DNA of 64,000 nt from Rhina ancylostomus (Eukaryota). Location: the NCBI GenBank assembly GCA_030265395.1, contig JARFYF010000104.1, forward strand, positions 88,693,330 to 88,757,329, written 5' to 3'. Under the pieces are notes generated by a model that did not search any database, had not been told where the DNA came from, and saw only the letters and a program-made list of their open reading frames with translations. Shown one piece after another: positions 50,046 through 62,418 of the stretch. Numbering within the stretch: position 1 is the first letter of the stretch; each line of letters begins with the position of its first letter. Position numbers and translations under genes: made by a program.

Positions 50046-51699
50046 TCGCTATGACACTCTGATCTTGTGAATGGAAATCAATGTTTTGTAAAGTGAAATA
50101 TGAAATTAAAATCATTTCTAGGTTGTTTCATGTCTCTCTAGAAATTCCACTGGGGGCTTTACTCATTGGAGGGGAACTTGAATACTATTGTCCCAGTAGT
50201 CATTGGGGCCTTGTCATTGGGGCACTTGACAGACACTGTGGTCTTCCCAGTGCAGTGCTGGACTGGGACTCCTAATTGGTTGGTCATTTACTTACCTTTC
50301 ACCTCACCCCACCAACCTCATGAACTGCACTGCACTGTATCTCCACCACCCCCTAGTCTCCATCCCTCCCCCAAACCCATGATCATCAGGGACCCAGGCT
50401 ATTGTAAAATGGAACAGTTTTTTCCCCCTATTTTCTTCAATGTAAATCAGTATGCCGAAAAATATACATGAAGCTGTATTTTATTCTCTCTTCAAATTCA
50501 GCTTACAACTCTGCATCATGAGCAGTGCTTTATCATCTTTCATCTCAATAATCTTTGAAAATAAGCAACATGATGTCTGGCAAAAATTGCCTTACAAAAA
50601 ACTCCAGCTGTGGACCAGTTTTTGTAGCTGCCTGTATAATTGGAGCCAGCAGGTTCCAATTATTTTAGTCTAATTTTGCTCAATAGATCAGATTTATGAT
50701 GGTCATAGATTCCATCAAATAGTAATGGCTAACCTGTCTGTAATGAAGATTATCATCTCCATGATAAACATATATATTTACATGGGTGACATTGAGCTAA
50801 TTAGATTTGTATCACTATAGCCTTTTTATCTGTTTGTAAATTGGTACATCAGCATGCCTTTGGTTTGGCAACCACATGAATGTGGTAGGGGTTCATTAAT
50901 GTGTGCTACTTGTGTAACTTTATTACATTATGGAGTCAAAAATCACATGAATTTAAAAATTAACTAAAAGCTGTGGAACTATACATGAACACTGTTTTTC
51001 TCATTTTACTTAACTTGAAAATGCCATTTATCTGAACACTTAGAAGGATAACCATGAGAGAGTTTCCTTTGCATGTTCTCAGTTAACAAATCAATGCATC
51101 ACTTTGCCTTTTCCTTTTCATCCTTAGTTGGCTTCATTATTTCAGTTACCATGCCACAGGCTACAAAATGTAGGTCAGCTTGCAGGTAGAAAACACGTAC
51201 AACCATACACTGGTCAGAATACACAGGTATGATCCCCAGTGCAAACCAGGAGTTTTTAACTCCAGTTAATCTGGCCCTTTTTTAGTTTGATTACATATTT
51301 AGAAAATATTTAACAATTCAATGAACATGATCCCAATACTAAGAAGAATGACTTTTCTAGAAGTGAGAATAGGAGAATTGTCCTTCTCATGGGGAATTAG
51401 GGGTGATAATTAAGTAGTATGAATAAAAATAGAGACAAAGTCCTTCAAAGAAAAATAAGGGAACTGTAACAGAATTATCTTTTCACTTAAACAGTATAAA
51501 TTGGTGTCTCCGGCATAATATCCAACATTTTCTGATAAAGACTGATTCAGTGTGAGCATCTAACCCATCACAAACTAACCCTGCCAATTCTTCAGGACCA
51601 CAAAACATAACCTAAAAACATATATTCCAAATGATTCAGCACAGCATGCAGGAAGTCCCACTTATGGCCATGGGTCATGTTAAACTACATTCAATGAAG

Positions 51700-52030
51700 T
51701 AGTTTTAAGATATAGTCAGTGTTGTAGCACAGGAAACACACGACTCAACTTTTGTACAGCAAGATCTGTGATTGTGACCAGACAATCTCTTCTAGTAAAA
51801 TATGTTGAGGGTACGTATTGAATGGGATACCAGGGATAACTGCTTGCTCTTCTTCTAATAACTCCATTGAACCTTTTATGTCCACTTGAGGGAGCAAGCA
51901 GGAACTTGGTAAAGTTCACCTGAATCTCTGCCATTGCAGTAATCCCTCAGTACTTTCATGCTGCAATCTTTAGAGTGGTGCAACAATTCACAACCTTCTA
52001 ACTCGGAGCAAAGAGTGCTACCATCCGAGG
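51700..52030 (-). mobile_element. Ancient Deu-domain SINE relic
   Basis: tgtacagcaagatct...atgtccacttgagggagca...ccctcagtact...aaccttctaactcggagcaaagagtgctacc. Confidence 0.55.
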
Positions 52031-53899
52031 CACTAATCTTATTTTATAGGAAGTCTTTTTGTTTCTAAGTACTCAGCACAATAAGGCAAGTCTTGCCTGC
52101 CTGATAGTAACAATAGAAAATATGCTCCAATAATATACTTTTCTTCTTTGACATTAATGGTGCAAAGCTGTATTAGACTCTGCTTGAGGTGAAATGAACC
52201 TGGATTAAAAATACTCTTCACTGAAAATATATATCTAAATTCTATCATACTTATGAAGATCAGGGGTCAACCAATTAACCCATTTGACCACATGACAAGT
52301 TAACGCACCAGGTGAATACCTTACAGTTTGGAACATTGTCAGTAGCAATTAATGGGAAAGGTGTTTTCAGAATCCAATTCATTTCCTTGAACAAAAGGTT
52401 TTGGGTTTGTGAAAACTGCCAGAATCATAATTTATTGTTTGTTTCAAGTCACATGGACAATCCCTATTGAATGCCTGAAGATGAAAAATCACTGTCTGAA
52501 AGGGGTTTATCATTTAATTATTTGCAACTATTTCATGCTCTTTGCAAATTACACACTACAAATTTCAATCATGCCCAACATAGTATTTTATAGTATATGG
52601 TACCATAGTATTTTGTTTTGAATTGGATTAAGAGTGACAGTTCATTCCATAAACTGTAAGAAACACATTCTTGAGAGCTAATTGTCTCTCATTAGTGCTT
52701 TGTTTTGAAAATGTAATCAACAGAATGTTTTTTGTTCTTCTTGTATTAGATTTCTAAAAATAATCAATAGACTTTATTAAGAAATTTATCTTGTTCAGCA
52801 ATTTCTTCTCATCAGCCAGGTGAGGAGAAAAGCAAATACAATGAATCAGCTGGCAAACAAATAATCGTGAAAAATTCCTACCAATTCAATCTTACAGCCA
52901 ACCTTTAGAAACAAAAGAAAATAAATTACCTTGCTTCTTTCTGAGTTTTTATGTAGCAAACTCAATAACACAAAACAAAACCTGAAATATTCATTCCCTC
53001 GAAATAGTAACATTGCTATCTCTATATGTGGGTACACCTGTATAATCATTTAAAATAATATAAATATCAAGTAATGTTGCAAAACCTTTTTAATTTTAGC
53101 ATCAGTGGAATAAATTTGACAGTAGTTTGAATTGAAATCAGAACATTTCTGGAATGCTCCTTTAAAATATGTAGTTCCAGAGTGTTTAGAAAATCATAAG
53201 AGAGGGGATCTTTTGCTGATTGGCAAGCCACTCAATCTGCTGCTTGCCTGCCCCTGAAACACACGCTTTCTTGCAGCATTCCCTCAGGCGCCTTCTTCCA
53301 CATGGAAGCTGATGACGAAGGTCAAGCATATCACACAGCCTCCCTTGAACAACAGCTGCAAGCTCGATCCCCAGGAATGATTTGACACCTAGTCAGCTCT
53401 AGCCCACAGGCTCATTAACATTCACAAGCACACACAATCGTATATAGAAAAATTAAAAACATTTATAATTAAATTGAAACACCAGAGCACAAACGAATCA
53501 ACTTAATTAAATCAAATACACTGGAAATTAGCATGCACTTATCATCCCCTACATTGTCATTTCTTCCTAGTTAAACCAATGGACCTATTGGACTTGTGCC
53601 AGGTTACACTCATGATGCAGACTTAGCAAGCTGATTTCTTAGCTCACATATTGGGAGATCTGAGGAAGTCTGCACTCCTCATTTGGACTTCATGAGGAGT
53701 TCAAAGGTGGAGCACAGATATCTTGAGATGACTCTTTCAGTCTTCCAATCTCTTCTCAAGAATCCAAGCTTTCACCCATGGTTTTAGGCAGGGGATTCCT
53801 TCCCAGGGTTTTCCCACCCCTACACACATCTGTTTCCGTTTTTGTTTTGTGAAAGGGAAATCTTGTTTTGAGTAATTCTAATAAAGATTTTTTAAGTGG

Positions 53900-54760
53900 T
53901 ATCTATAGAGTTAATAATGTGAAAACAGTGGATGCAATACATTTGGATATTCCATAGGCATCTGCTAAAGTACAATGCAAAATATTGTTTCATGAAGACT
54001 GTGCTGCTGGAGTTATAGTTAACTTATCAGTGTTAGGGATTGGTGAGGGGAGACAAAACATGATTGGAATAAAAAGGTCACTTTCAGGTTGGCGAGCTGT
54101 TACTGATGGATTGTCAGTAAAATGAATCAGTTACAGGTGCCTAGCTTCATATCACCTACATTACTGATTTAGATGGAAGAGCAATCCATCGTGTGCCCAA
54201 GTTTGATCATACAAAGATGGGTGAGAACATAAAATGTGACATACAGAAATAGAAGTGACTTGAAGGAAAATATGGCATCACTTGGAAATATTTGGCTTCC
54301 CTCTGTGATTTGCAAAGCTCTGACATCTGCTTCTCAAACTCATTCTGCATCATGAGACTACACACTACAGAACTATAACGTGAGAATATAAAACTTGCGG
54401 GCTGCCCCCAGAAAACTCTACACAAAAGGTGCATTTCACTGTGTGTTTCGATGTACATGTGACCAATAAAGATATATCATCATCATCAGTTTGAAGTGGA
54501 AGCAACAGGTCTGTAAAGGGATATAGAAAGTGGTCAAGATGTTGGTGGATGGCATTTAAGGAGGGAAAATGTTACTCATTTTAGTAGGAATGCAATAAGA
54601 TATTTTTTAAATGTTGAAACTGGCAAATGTTAGGCCACAGAAGTACTGATACACAGAATTCAGGAAGTTAACATGTAGTAACATGTAACATGGGCTAGTT
54701 AAAGGATCAGCTATTATGTTATTGGTAGCTTGAATGGCCTGCTCTGCTCCTCAACTTCAT
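53900..54760 (+). mobile_element. Old CR1 RT relic, host of the complex insertion
   Basis: Decayed motifs gtggatgcaatacatttggatattcc and aagtttgatcatacaaagatggg; resumes after 54488 with ctgtaaagggatataga...ggatggcattta. Confidence 0.6.
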
Positions 54761-54942
54761 GTGTTCTATGGTGCTTTACAGTTAAGCAGCTTCAATGGGC
54801 ACATCACCAAGGTTCTGTAGTGTGTAGTTTCATGATGCAGAATGTGTTTGAGAAGCAGATGTCAGAGCTTTGCAAATCACAGTGGGAAGCCAAATATTCC
54901 CAAGTGATGCCATATTTTCCTTCAAATCACTTCTACTTCTGT
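54243..54942. repeat. 131-bp inverted repeat (54243-54373 and 54812-54942)
   Basis: Manual alignment gives 125/131 identical with no indels; the same peptide appears in ORFs 54207-54458(-) and 54730-54945(+). Confidence 0.95.
54393..54488 (+). mobile_element. 5'-truncated young V-SINE tail with (ATC)n end
   Basis: acttgcgggctgcccccaga...gtgaccaataaagatatatcatcatcatca. Confidence 0.88.
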
Positions 54943-55489
54943 TGAAGAATAAAACAAACCAAAATATTTGAGGTCTGGCTTGGTGAGTACAAATTTCTGA
55001 ACGAGTTGAGACAATCTATTGATATGGCAGTACAAGAAGCATGAGAGTTCCCAGTGCCACATGCTGTAAGGATGCTTTATCAAATCAATTTCAAAAGGAT
55101 TGAGAAGTAACTGCATGTTTTCCAGTGTACGACACCATCAGTGTCATGCCCTAAATATTTTCATAGAGCCACAAAATGGAATAGTTCTTGGTGACACATC
55201 TACATGATAATATATTTAAAACTGAAGAATAACAAACCTACTGTGTCTCCCAACTGGAATCTGAGAGTGCATTTTATAAAATTGCGTATTCCAAGCTTGT
55301 GATTCTCTATTCATGATCTTTTACTCTCTCACCTAAAATATGCAAAACAGCTGCCTCTGCCCCTTAGCAAGACATTGTGGTGCCATTAGGCATGATACAA
55401 AGTCACCGGGTTTCAGCAATGTGGACTGTCCAAGAATTTGGGTTGTGACATAATATGTCAGAAATGAATGTTTTCAATACTTTAGGCAT

Positions 55490-55762
55490 GATGCTGGAAA
55501 CATTCTGCAAGTCAGGCAGCATCTGTGGAAAGCAAAACAGGGTTAAGTTTTCAAGTCAAAGACCTTTGGTCAGAACTGGGAGAGAGAGAAGTATTGTCCT
55601 TAAGTTAGCAAGGGTGGTTGAGGGATGAGTAGGACTAAAGGTATGTCTTTAATAGGGTGAGGCCAGGATTTCCATTAGGATAAGCAGATGATCAAGTCAA
55701 CTGACTGATAGGTTAACAAGTGTGGTTAATGAGAAAAAAACTCAAAGTGTGAAATGCAAGTT

Positions 55763-55799
<37 letters not shown>

Positions 55800-57310
55800 A
55801 TAAATAGAGGTGCATAATAAATGCAAAACGTGGAAAATGTCCAGCGAGTCAGGACATGCTCACAGAGAGAGAAAAGACAGATCAACAAACAATCTGCTGC
55901 AGGAACTCAGTGGATCAGTGGAACTCAGTGGAACTCTGTGGGATGAAAGAAATTGTCGACGGTTTGGTCAAAACCCTGCATCAGGACCAAGGCCTCCTAG
56001 TATTACAGATGTTTGACTAACAGCTGTCCATTTCTAATACAAACAGAGAAAGCAGGTTCCCTGTAGAATTTGATATTCAATGTAGAAGGCTGCAAAGTGC
56101 CTAGATGGGAGATGAAGTGCCTTTCCTCAGCCTTGTGTTGAGCCTCATTTTAACAGTGAGGAGGCCACAACAGATAGTTCAGAGTATGAGCAGGGTAGAG
56201 GATTAAAGTGATGGACAGCAAAACGTTCAGGGCTGCTCCTGTAGACTGAACACAACTTCTCTGTAAAGCGATCAAGTGCTTCATTTCTGTAGAGGAAACC
56301 ACATTGTGAAGATCAAATGTAGTGCACTAGATTGTAAGAAGTGCAAGTGAGTCACTGCTTCACGTGGAAGGATGGCTTGTGTCCCTGAATGGTGGGAAGA
56401 GAGGAGGCAGACAGGACGGATGTTGCATTTTCTGATGTTTCAATCAGAAAGTGCCATGATAAGAGTGATGTTCAGTGGAGATGGAAAAGTGGACTAGAGA
56501 TGGACAAAGAGAATGGTTCCTTCAGAATGCTGAAAAAGGAGGGGAGGGAAAGGTGTGTCTGGTGGGGGAACCTTGGTAAACATGACAGAAATTGGGAAGG
56601 ATGATTCATTGAACGAGGAGGCAAGTGGGGTGGAAGTGAGGACCACCTGAATTCTATCCTTGATCTGACTGGGAGGACAGGGGCTGAGGGCAGATTTGAA
56701 GGAAATAGATGAGGTGCAGTCCTGGGCTCTGTAACTATTAGTGGAAGGGAAGGCACAACACAGGAAGAAGCATCTTCGAGGCATTTGATGGAAAGTATTG
56801 CCATCAGAGCAAATACAACAAAGACTAAGGAACTGGGAGAGTAGATCGGAGTCTTTAACGGAGCAGGCTGTACTGTAGTTGAGATCGCTGAGGGAGTATG
56901 TGTGTTTGTAATGGATATTTGTCATTAACTTATTACCTGAGATGGAGACAAAGAGATCCAGAAAGGGAAGAGATGAGTCAAAGATTGACCATGTGATAGT
57001 GAGAAGTGGTGGGAATTAGCAACTGAAGTCTGAGTTTTGTGTGAGTGCAGAAAGATGCATCAAAACCTTCACTGATTTATTGGAAAAAGTGTTTAGGCTG
57101 AAGAATAGAATATGACTGAAAGACAGACTATCCATGTATCTTCAAAGAGACAGGTGTAGCTTGAGCTCATCTGAGTTCCCACAGCTATACCTTTGATCTG
57201 GAGAAAGTGAGTGGAGTTGAAAGAAATATTTTTCAATGTGAAAATGAGTTCAGCCAGGCAAATGAATGTGTTGGCGGTGGGGAGCTGGTAGGGCCTCTTT
57301 ACAGAGTCCT
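55490..57310 (-). mobile_element. Degraded Penelope-like retroelement (RT, GIY-YIG region, terminal repeat)
   Basis: LAELIFTLKNISFNSTHFLQIKGIAVGTQMSSSYTCLF and IHYKHTYSLSDLNYS...SQFLSLCCICSD are decayed Penelope RT motifs; terminal repeat at 55490-55570. Confidence 0.8.
55766..55797. repeat. (GA)n microsatellite
   Basis: About 16 GA units. Confidence 0.95.
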
Positions 57311-57434
57311 CAGATGGCAGTGCAAAGAGTGTCAAGAGAAGGTATTAGCACTTAAGGCATTTCTACTCATTTCTGGGATTAGAGAATTATTGCAATGAAA
57401 ACTTCACAGACAGGTCACTACAGTCAATGCAACA

Positions 57435-57525
57435 AGAGTCTCGACCCAAAACGTCAATTGTTTATTTCCCTCCATAGATGCTGCCTGACCTGCTGAGCTC
57501 CTCCAGCACTTCTTGTGTATTGCAA
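57435..57525. mobile_element. Penelope terminal repeat fragment, inverted relative to 55490
   Basis: gtctcgacccaaaacgtc...ccatagatgctgcctgacctgctgagctcctccagca. Confidence 0.75.
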
Positions 57526-58194
57526 CAAATATTGTGTTTTTTTAAAGTGGTGAAGTTTCAAAGCTGAGAGCACCAATCGCATTAGATTTTCTGCCCTGAA
57601 AATCTCTGTTGGAGGCAACACGGCATCTAAAAGCAAACAGGAGGTGCAAACTCACTGAGATACACAGCAGGAAACTGAAGCAGGTTAAATTTCTGTCCGC
57701 ATGTGAGAGTGGCTGAGCTACAGAGGGCATTTTCTGGCTGTGGGAAGAGGAAAGAAGTCTGGTAAGTTCTGCCTGTAAAACACTGCCCAACAGGCAGCAA
57801 ATGGGATGGAGGAACTAATGATACCACAAGGGTCAAATTAGCAATGGCAAAGGATGGTAGCAGAACTGAATGCTGTGTCCAAGCCCCATCACATTGAGGA
57901 ACTTATACAGAAGCTTTCTGTTCCAAAGAAAAGTACCTAAGTATGCAACAAATACTAATGCACTTTTTCTAGTTCAATATGTAGAATGTATAAATTTAAA
58001 GCATGAATTAACCTTTGAATGTTTAATATGATTTTAATTATATCAAGTCAGCAGCATTTACATTCTTTATATTACATAACTGAATATTTCTATTAAAAGT
58101 GAACCGTTATTTCTTTCCTGCAGCAAGTTTTGTTTACATCTGCCACAATAAATGCAGGAAAGACCCTAAGATGTCGTAAGCCACTTTATATCTA

Positions 58195-58640
58195 TCAGAT
58201 TCAGAATCAGATTACTTTATTGTCATATACACTAGGGTGCAATGAAATTCCTTGCTTGCATGAAGCTCAAGAAGTAAACAGTATACAGAGTGACAATAAC
58301 TACAGTGATGAGCACAGAATAATGGAATGGTGCAAAGATTGTAGTGCAATCTGAAGCAGTGCAAAAAGGAATGCTCAAGTGACAATAATGGAATAACTGA
58401 GAGAGGTAGAATTAAGAGTTGGAGAATGTGGAAGCATCTCCAGGAAGAGGATTTGAAGGAGATGATTGGTTCGGAAGTCTGTTAGCAGTGGGGATAAAGC
58501 TGTTTTTAAGGCTGTACATCTGGACTTTCATATCTCCTCCCAGAATGTACAAGTGGCCAGGATGACAGGCATCCTTGACAATACTGTTAGCCTTCCTAAA
58601 GTAACACAGTGTGAAGGTGGACTGGATGGAAGGAAGAGAC
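58195..58640 (-). mobile_element. Old Rex1/Babar-like 3' fragment
   Basis: cagattcagaatcagattactttattgtcat...gtgcaatgaaattccttgcttgca...gggataaagctgttttt. Confidence 0.55.
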
Positions 58641-60938
58641 GAGTTTGCTTTTGAAGAGTAGTCACCACTGTAACGGAGACAGCCAATTTGACCTCAGTAA
58701 GATCCTGCAGGTAACAGTATGATAATGACCATCTCCTCTGGCTTTAGTGATGTTAGTTGAGGGGTATATGTTTAACAGGAAGTTGAAGATAATTCCTCTT
58801 AAGAAGAACTGAGAACATTTACACAAGAAATTCTGCAGATGCTGGATGTATCTGGAGCTACTTATCACCTCTCAGCTTATTACATNNNNNNNNNNNNNNN
58901 NNNNNNNNNNNNNNNNNNNNNNNNNNNNNNNNNNNNNNNNNNNNNNNNNNNNNNNNNNNNNNNNNNNNNNNNNNNNNNNNNNNNNNNNNNNNNNNNNNNN
59001 NNNNNNNNNNNNNNNNNNNNNNNNNNNNNNNNNNNNNNNNNNNNNNNNNNNNNNNNNNNNNNNNNNNNNNNNNNNNNNNNNNNNNNNNNNNNNNNNNNNN
59101 NNNNNNNNNNNNNNNNNNNNNNNNNNNNNNNNNNNNNNNNNNNNNNNNNNNNNNNNNNNNNNNNNNNNNNNNNNNNNNNNNNNNNNNNNNNNNNNNNNNN
59201 NNNNNNNNNNNNNNNNNCACATATCTGGAGTGGGATTCAAACCCCAAATCTTCTGACAAAGGTATGAGAACACAGTCAACATAAGCCACACCTCACACCT
59301 GGTTTAGAAGGTAAAACAAAATTCTTTCACTACCAAATCTACCTCCTCATCGTCAAACACAGCTCTGCCTCAGCTTTCGAAAAGTTTACAAGAAGGGAGA
59401 ATGTGATTGGATTCCACAAAAGCAGGATCTGAGATTGGGGTGGACACGGCACTGATGGATGATTAAGGGAGGTTCAGTAGTGAGACTGGATGCAGTCTGG
59501 TGTCGATGAATGGCTTGGGGTGGGGCGGTGGAGAGGAGGGTTGTGAGATCGAGATGGGGAGAATGAGATATCAGAGGCTTTGATGATGTTTGAAAGGTTT
59601 TTTTGATCAAGTGGTTGGGAAGATTAGACTGGGAGGGTCAGGGCCTGGGTCTCTAATGATCATGGGATGGGGGGAGGTATGGAGCCTGGAGGTGGTGGAG
59701 ATCATGGTGCAGTCCCAGAGGTTGGTGTGGGTGGAGTGAAATGTAAGTTAACCATTTAGAAGTCCCAGTCTGGCACTGCCCTGGGAAGAACATGATGCCT
59801 GAAAAGTGCCCTCTTGGAACAACAGGATCCAAATTCCCCAGCAATGCTCCAAAATGAGCAAAGCCTGAGGTGGAATTTCTGAAGAATCAAACTAGAAATG
59901 TTTTTATTTCATATTTCACTCCAGAAAACATTGACTTTCATCCACAAGATGCTGGGAATAAAAAAAACATTTGGCAATTGAAGGTCTAGGTAACCATTTC
60001 CTGTACAGCTTCTCTGCAAATGCAAAAGACAATCCATATCATCATTTATTTATTTGAATGCTATAATTTTGCAGTGTTCCCTGATCATTACAGGGTGATG
60101 ACCTTAAAATGAAGCATTTTATCATTTCATCACCAGTGCCTCTTTAACTTCTAACTGATAGTGAGAGTTCCTAATAGAAATTATGAGACATTTCCAGTTT
60201 TACCACTCTTCAGTGACTAAATGCCTAGTTATCATTAAATACTTATATGCATTCATAAAAAATCTTCCAGAGCAGTGACCACACCAGCCAAGTGGAAATG
60301 CATTCCCATTATTATTTTCCAAGCAGGCTATATTTATCTGTGTTAATAATCATATCGGTATTTTGGTAGAACTGTTTCTGATTTGTTTACTGGTTGGATG
60401 GCAGCTTCATTGATGCATTCATTTTATTATTGGCCATTATTGCTATGGCCTTGCTAAATGGGTTACTATTATTTCATCACAAGGTGAACTTCCTTATTGT
60501 TTCCACAATTTTAACAAAGTTGGAATCGTCTTGGAAATTTTTCCAGCAAGTCAACTCACAGGAATGCTGATTCCAGCCCTTGGATGCCTTTATTCAGAGA
60601 TCCTCATGTTTCCTCACAATCACAGGGTCAGTGCACGATCCACCCAGCTCATGAGATGAGGTCGCTTGTCTGCCAGAGGTGGCAGAACCCCCAAGGTTCT
60701 GAACTTTACCAACTGCTGCACTCAGGGCAAATTCCACTCACTGAGGCACAAAAGCAACTGGGAAGGGCAGGTTCTCGCAAGAGGCTAAGGGTCTTTGAGG
60801 GTGATTTATTATAATAGGATGACAAGTTTTAAACCCTTTCTCAGTATACTGATCCAGATACTTTCACAGTTCTGAATGATCCTCAGCTAGATAGGAAGCC
60901 AATAGCTTTTCAAATTCCCACTACAACTCTCCAACAAA

Positions 60939-61614
60939 TCATAGAGTCATAGATTCAGAGTCAGACAGCACATAAGCAGGCCTTTCGGCCCACCAAATCC
61001 ATGCTGACCACCAAGTGCCTTTCTATATTAATCTCACATATCAGTACTCGCTATGCTATGGCAAGTTATGTGCTTGTCTAGATGCTTCTCAAATGTTGTG
61101 ACAGTAATTGCCTCCACCAGCTTCTCAGGCAGTGACTTCACCCTCCTCTGTGTGAAAATGTTCTTCCTCGGATCCCCTCTAAGTCTCTTACTCCTCACCT
61201 TAAACCTGTGCCTTCTGCTCTTGGATACTTCTGCCATGGGGAAAGGTTTCTCACAACTGACCCTATCTATGCCTTTTGTATACCTTTACTGGGACTTTCC
61301 TCAACTTCTTCAGCTCCAAGGAAATCAAACCCAGCTCATCCAGTCTCTCCTCATAACAGAAGTGTTTCATCCCAGGCAACCTCCTGGCGGATCTCCGCTG
61401 TACCCTCTCCAGTGCAATCATATCCTTTCTGTAGTGTGGGGACTGGAACTGCACGCAATACTCCAGCTACGTTCTAACCAATGCTATATAAAGCTGTACC
61501 AAGACATCCCTGCTCTTCTGTTCTATGCTCTGACTAGTAAAGGCAAGTATCCTGTATGTCTTCTTCATGCCAAGTCTACATTTGCTGCCACTTCATGGAT
61601 CTTTGGATATGTCT
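60939..61614 (-). mobile_element. CR1 3' ~680 bp, truncated by gap
   Basis: QFQSPHYRKDMIALERVQRRSARRLPGMKHFCYEERLDELGLISLE and RRHRFKVRSKRLRGDPRKNIFTQR. Confidence 0.92.
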
Positions 61615-61789
61615 NNNNNNNNNNNNNNNNNNNNNNNNNNNNNNNNNNNNNNNNNNNNNNNNNNNNNNNNNNNNNNNNNNNNNNNNNNNNNNNNNNNNNN
61701 NNNNNNNNNNNNNNNNNNNNNNNNNNNNNNNNNNNNNNNNNNNNNNNNNNNNNNNNNNNNNNNNNNNNNNNNNNNNNNNNNNNNNNNNT

Positions 61790-61869
61790 CCTGAGGAAGT
61801 ATCCTGACTCCAGCCTTGTATCAGTGTGTCGCATTTGGGTTCTCTGTGAGTTTGCTCAACATTGTGACA
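61790..61869 (+). mobile_element. 3' end of an LTR related to 28543-28955; remainder in gap
   Basis: tgaggaagtatcctgactccag...gcatttgggttctctgtgagtttgctc...ttgtgaca is antisense-homologous to 28543-28627. Confidence 0.75.
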
Positions 61870-62271
61870 TGGGTTGCCACTCTGATGAAGGGACCCAGAC
61901 TTGGAATGTTAACTGCTTCTCTTTCACCAGATATTGCCTGATCTACTGAGTGCTTTCAACATTTTCTGCTTTTATTTTTGGGGAGCAGCTGTGTCTTACT
62001 TTTCCTGTGGCACCACTGTTTGATTGATCTGCAAGGAAAAAGGGTTGCAACCAAGATCTAATGTGTAATCATCCCTGTGGGATCAAGGAATCAAAGTAAG
62101 GGAACAAAGGCTGCCACTTTGTGGTTCTTCATTGGGATATTGGGGTGTCACCAACCAGCAAGGTGGTACCACCCTCAAAATCTCAGTGAGGTCTTTGAGA
62201 CTCACCACAATCTGCCTGACCTTGAGTAAATAGCGCAAGTGTATGCTCAGTGAAATCAATGCATGGATTAA

Positions 62272-62418
62272 GAGAGAAGATTCAAGATTTCTTTATTTTT
62301 CACATGTATGTTGAAACACACAGTGAAATGTACCCTTGCATGGAGTGTTCTGGGGGCAGACTACAAGTGTCGCCGTGCCTCTGGGTCCCAAAATAGCATG
62401 CCCACAACTTTCTAATCC
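62272..62418 (-). mobile_element. Diverged 3' half of the V-SINE family
   Basis: tttatt...cacatgtatgttgaaacacacagtgaaatg...gtgttctgggggcag...aagtgtcgcc...atagcatgcccacaactt. Confidence 0.8.

Noticed and set aside
54207-54945. Two paralogous small ORFs on opposite strands
   Set aside because: The shared peptide is only a by-product of the inverted duplication; no coding evidence.
60672-60685. CTCF-like GCCAGAGGTGGCAG
   Set aside because: Only the 3' half fits the consensus, which is expected by chance.
61053-61949. 298-aa plus-strand ORF
   Set aside because: Antisense reading of a CR1 3' fragment extended through a gap and an LTR end.
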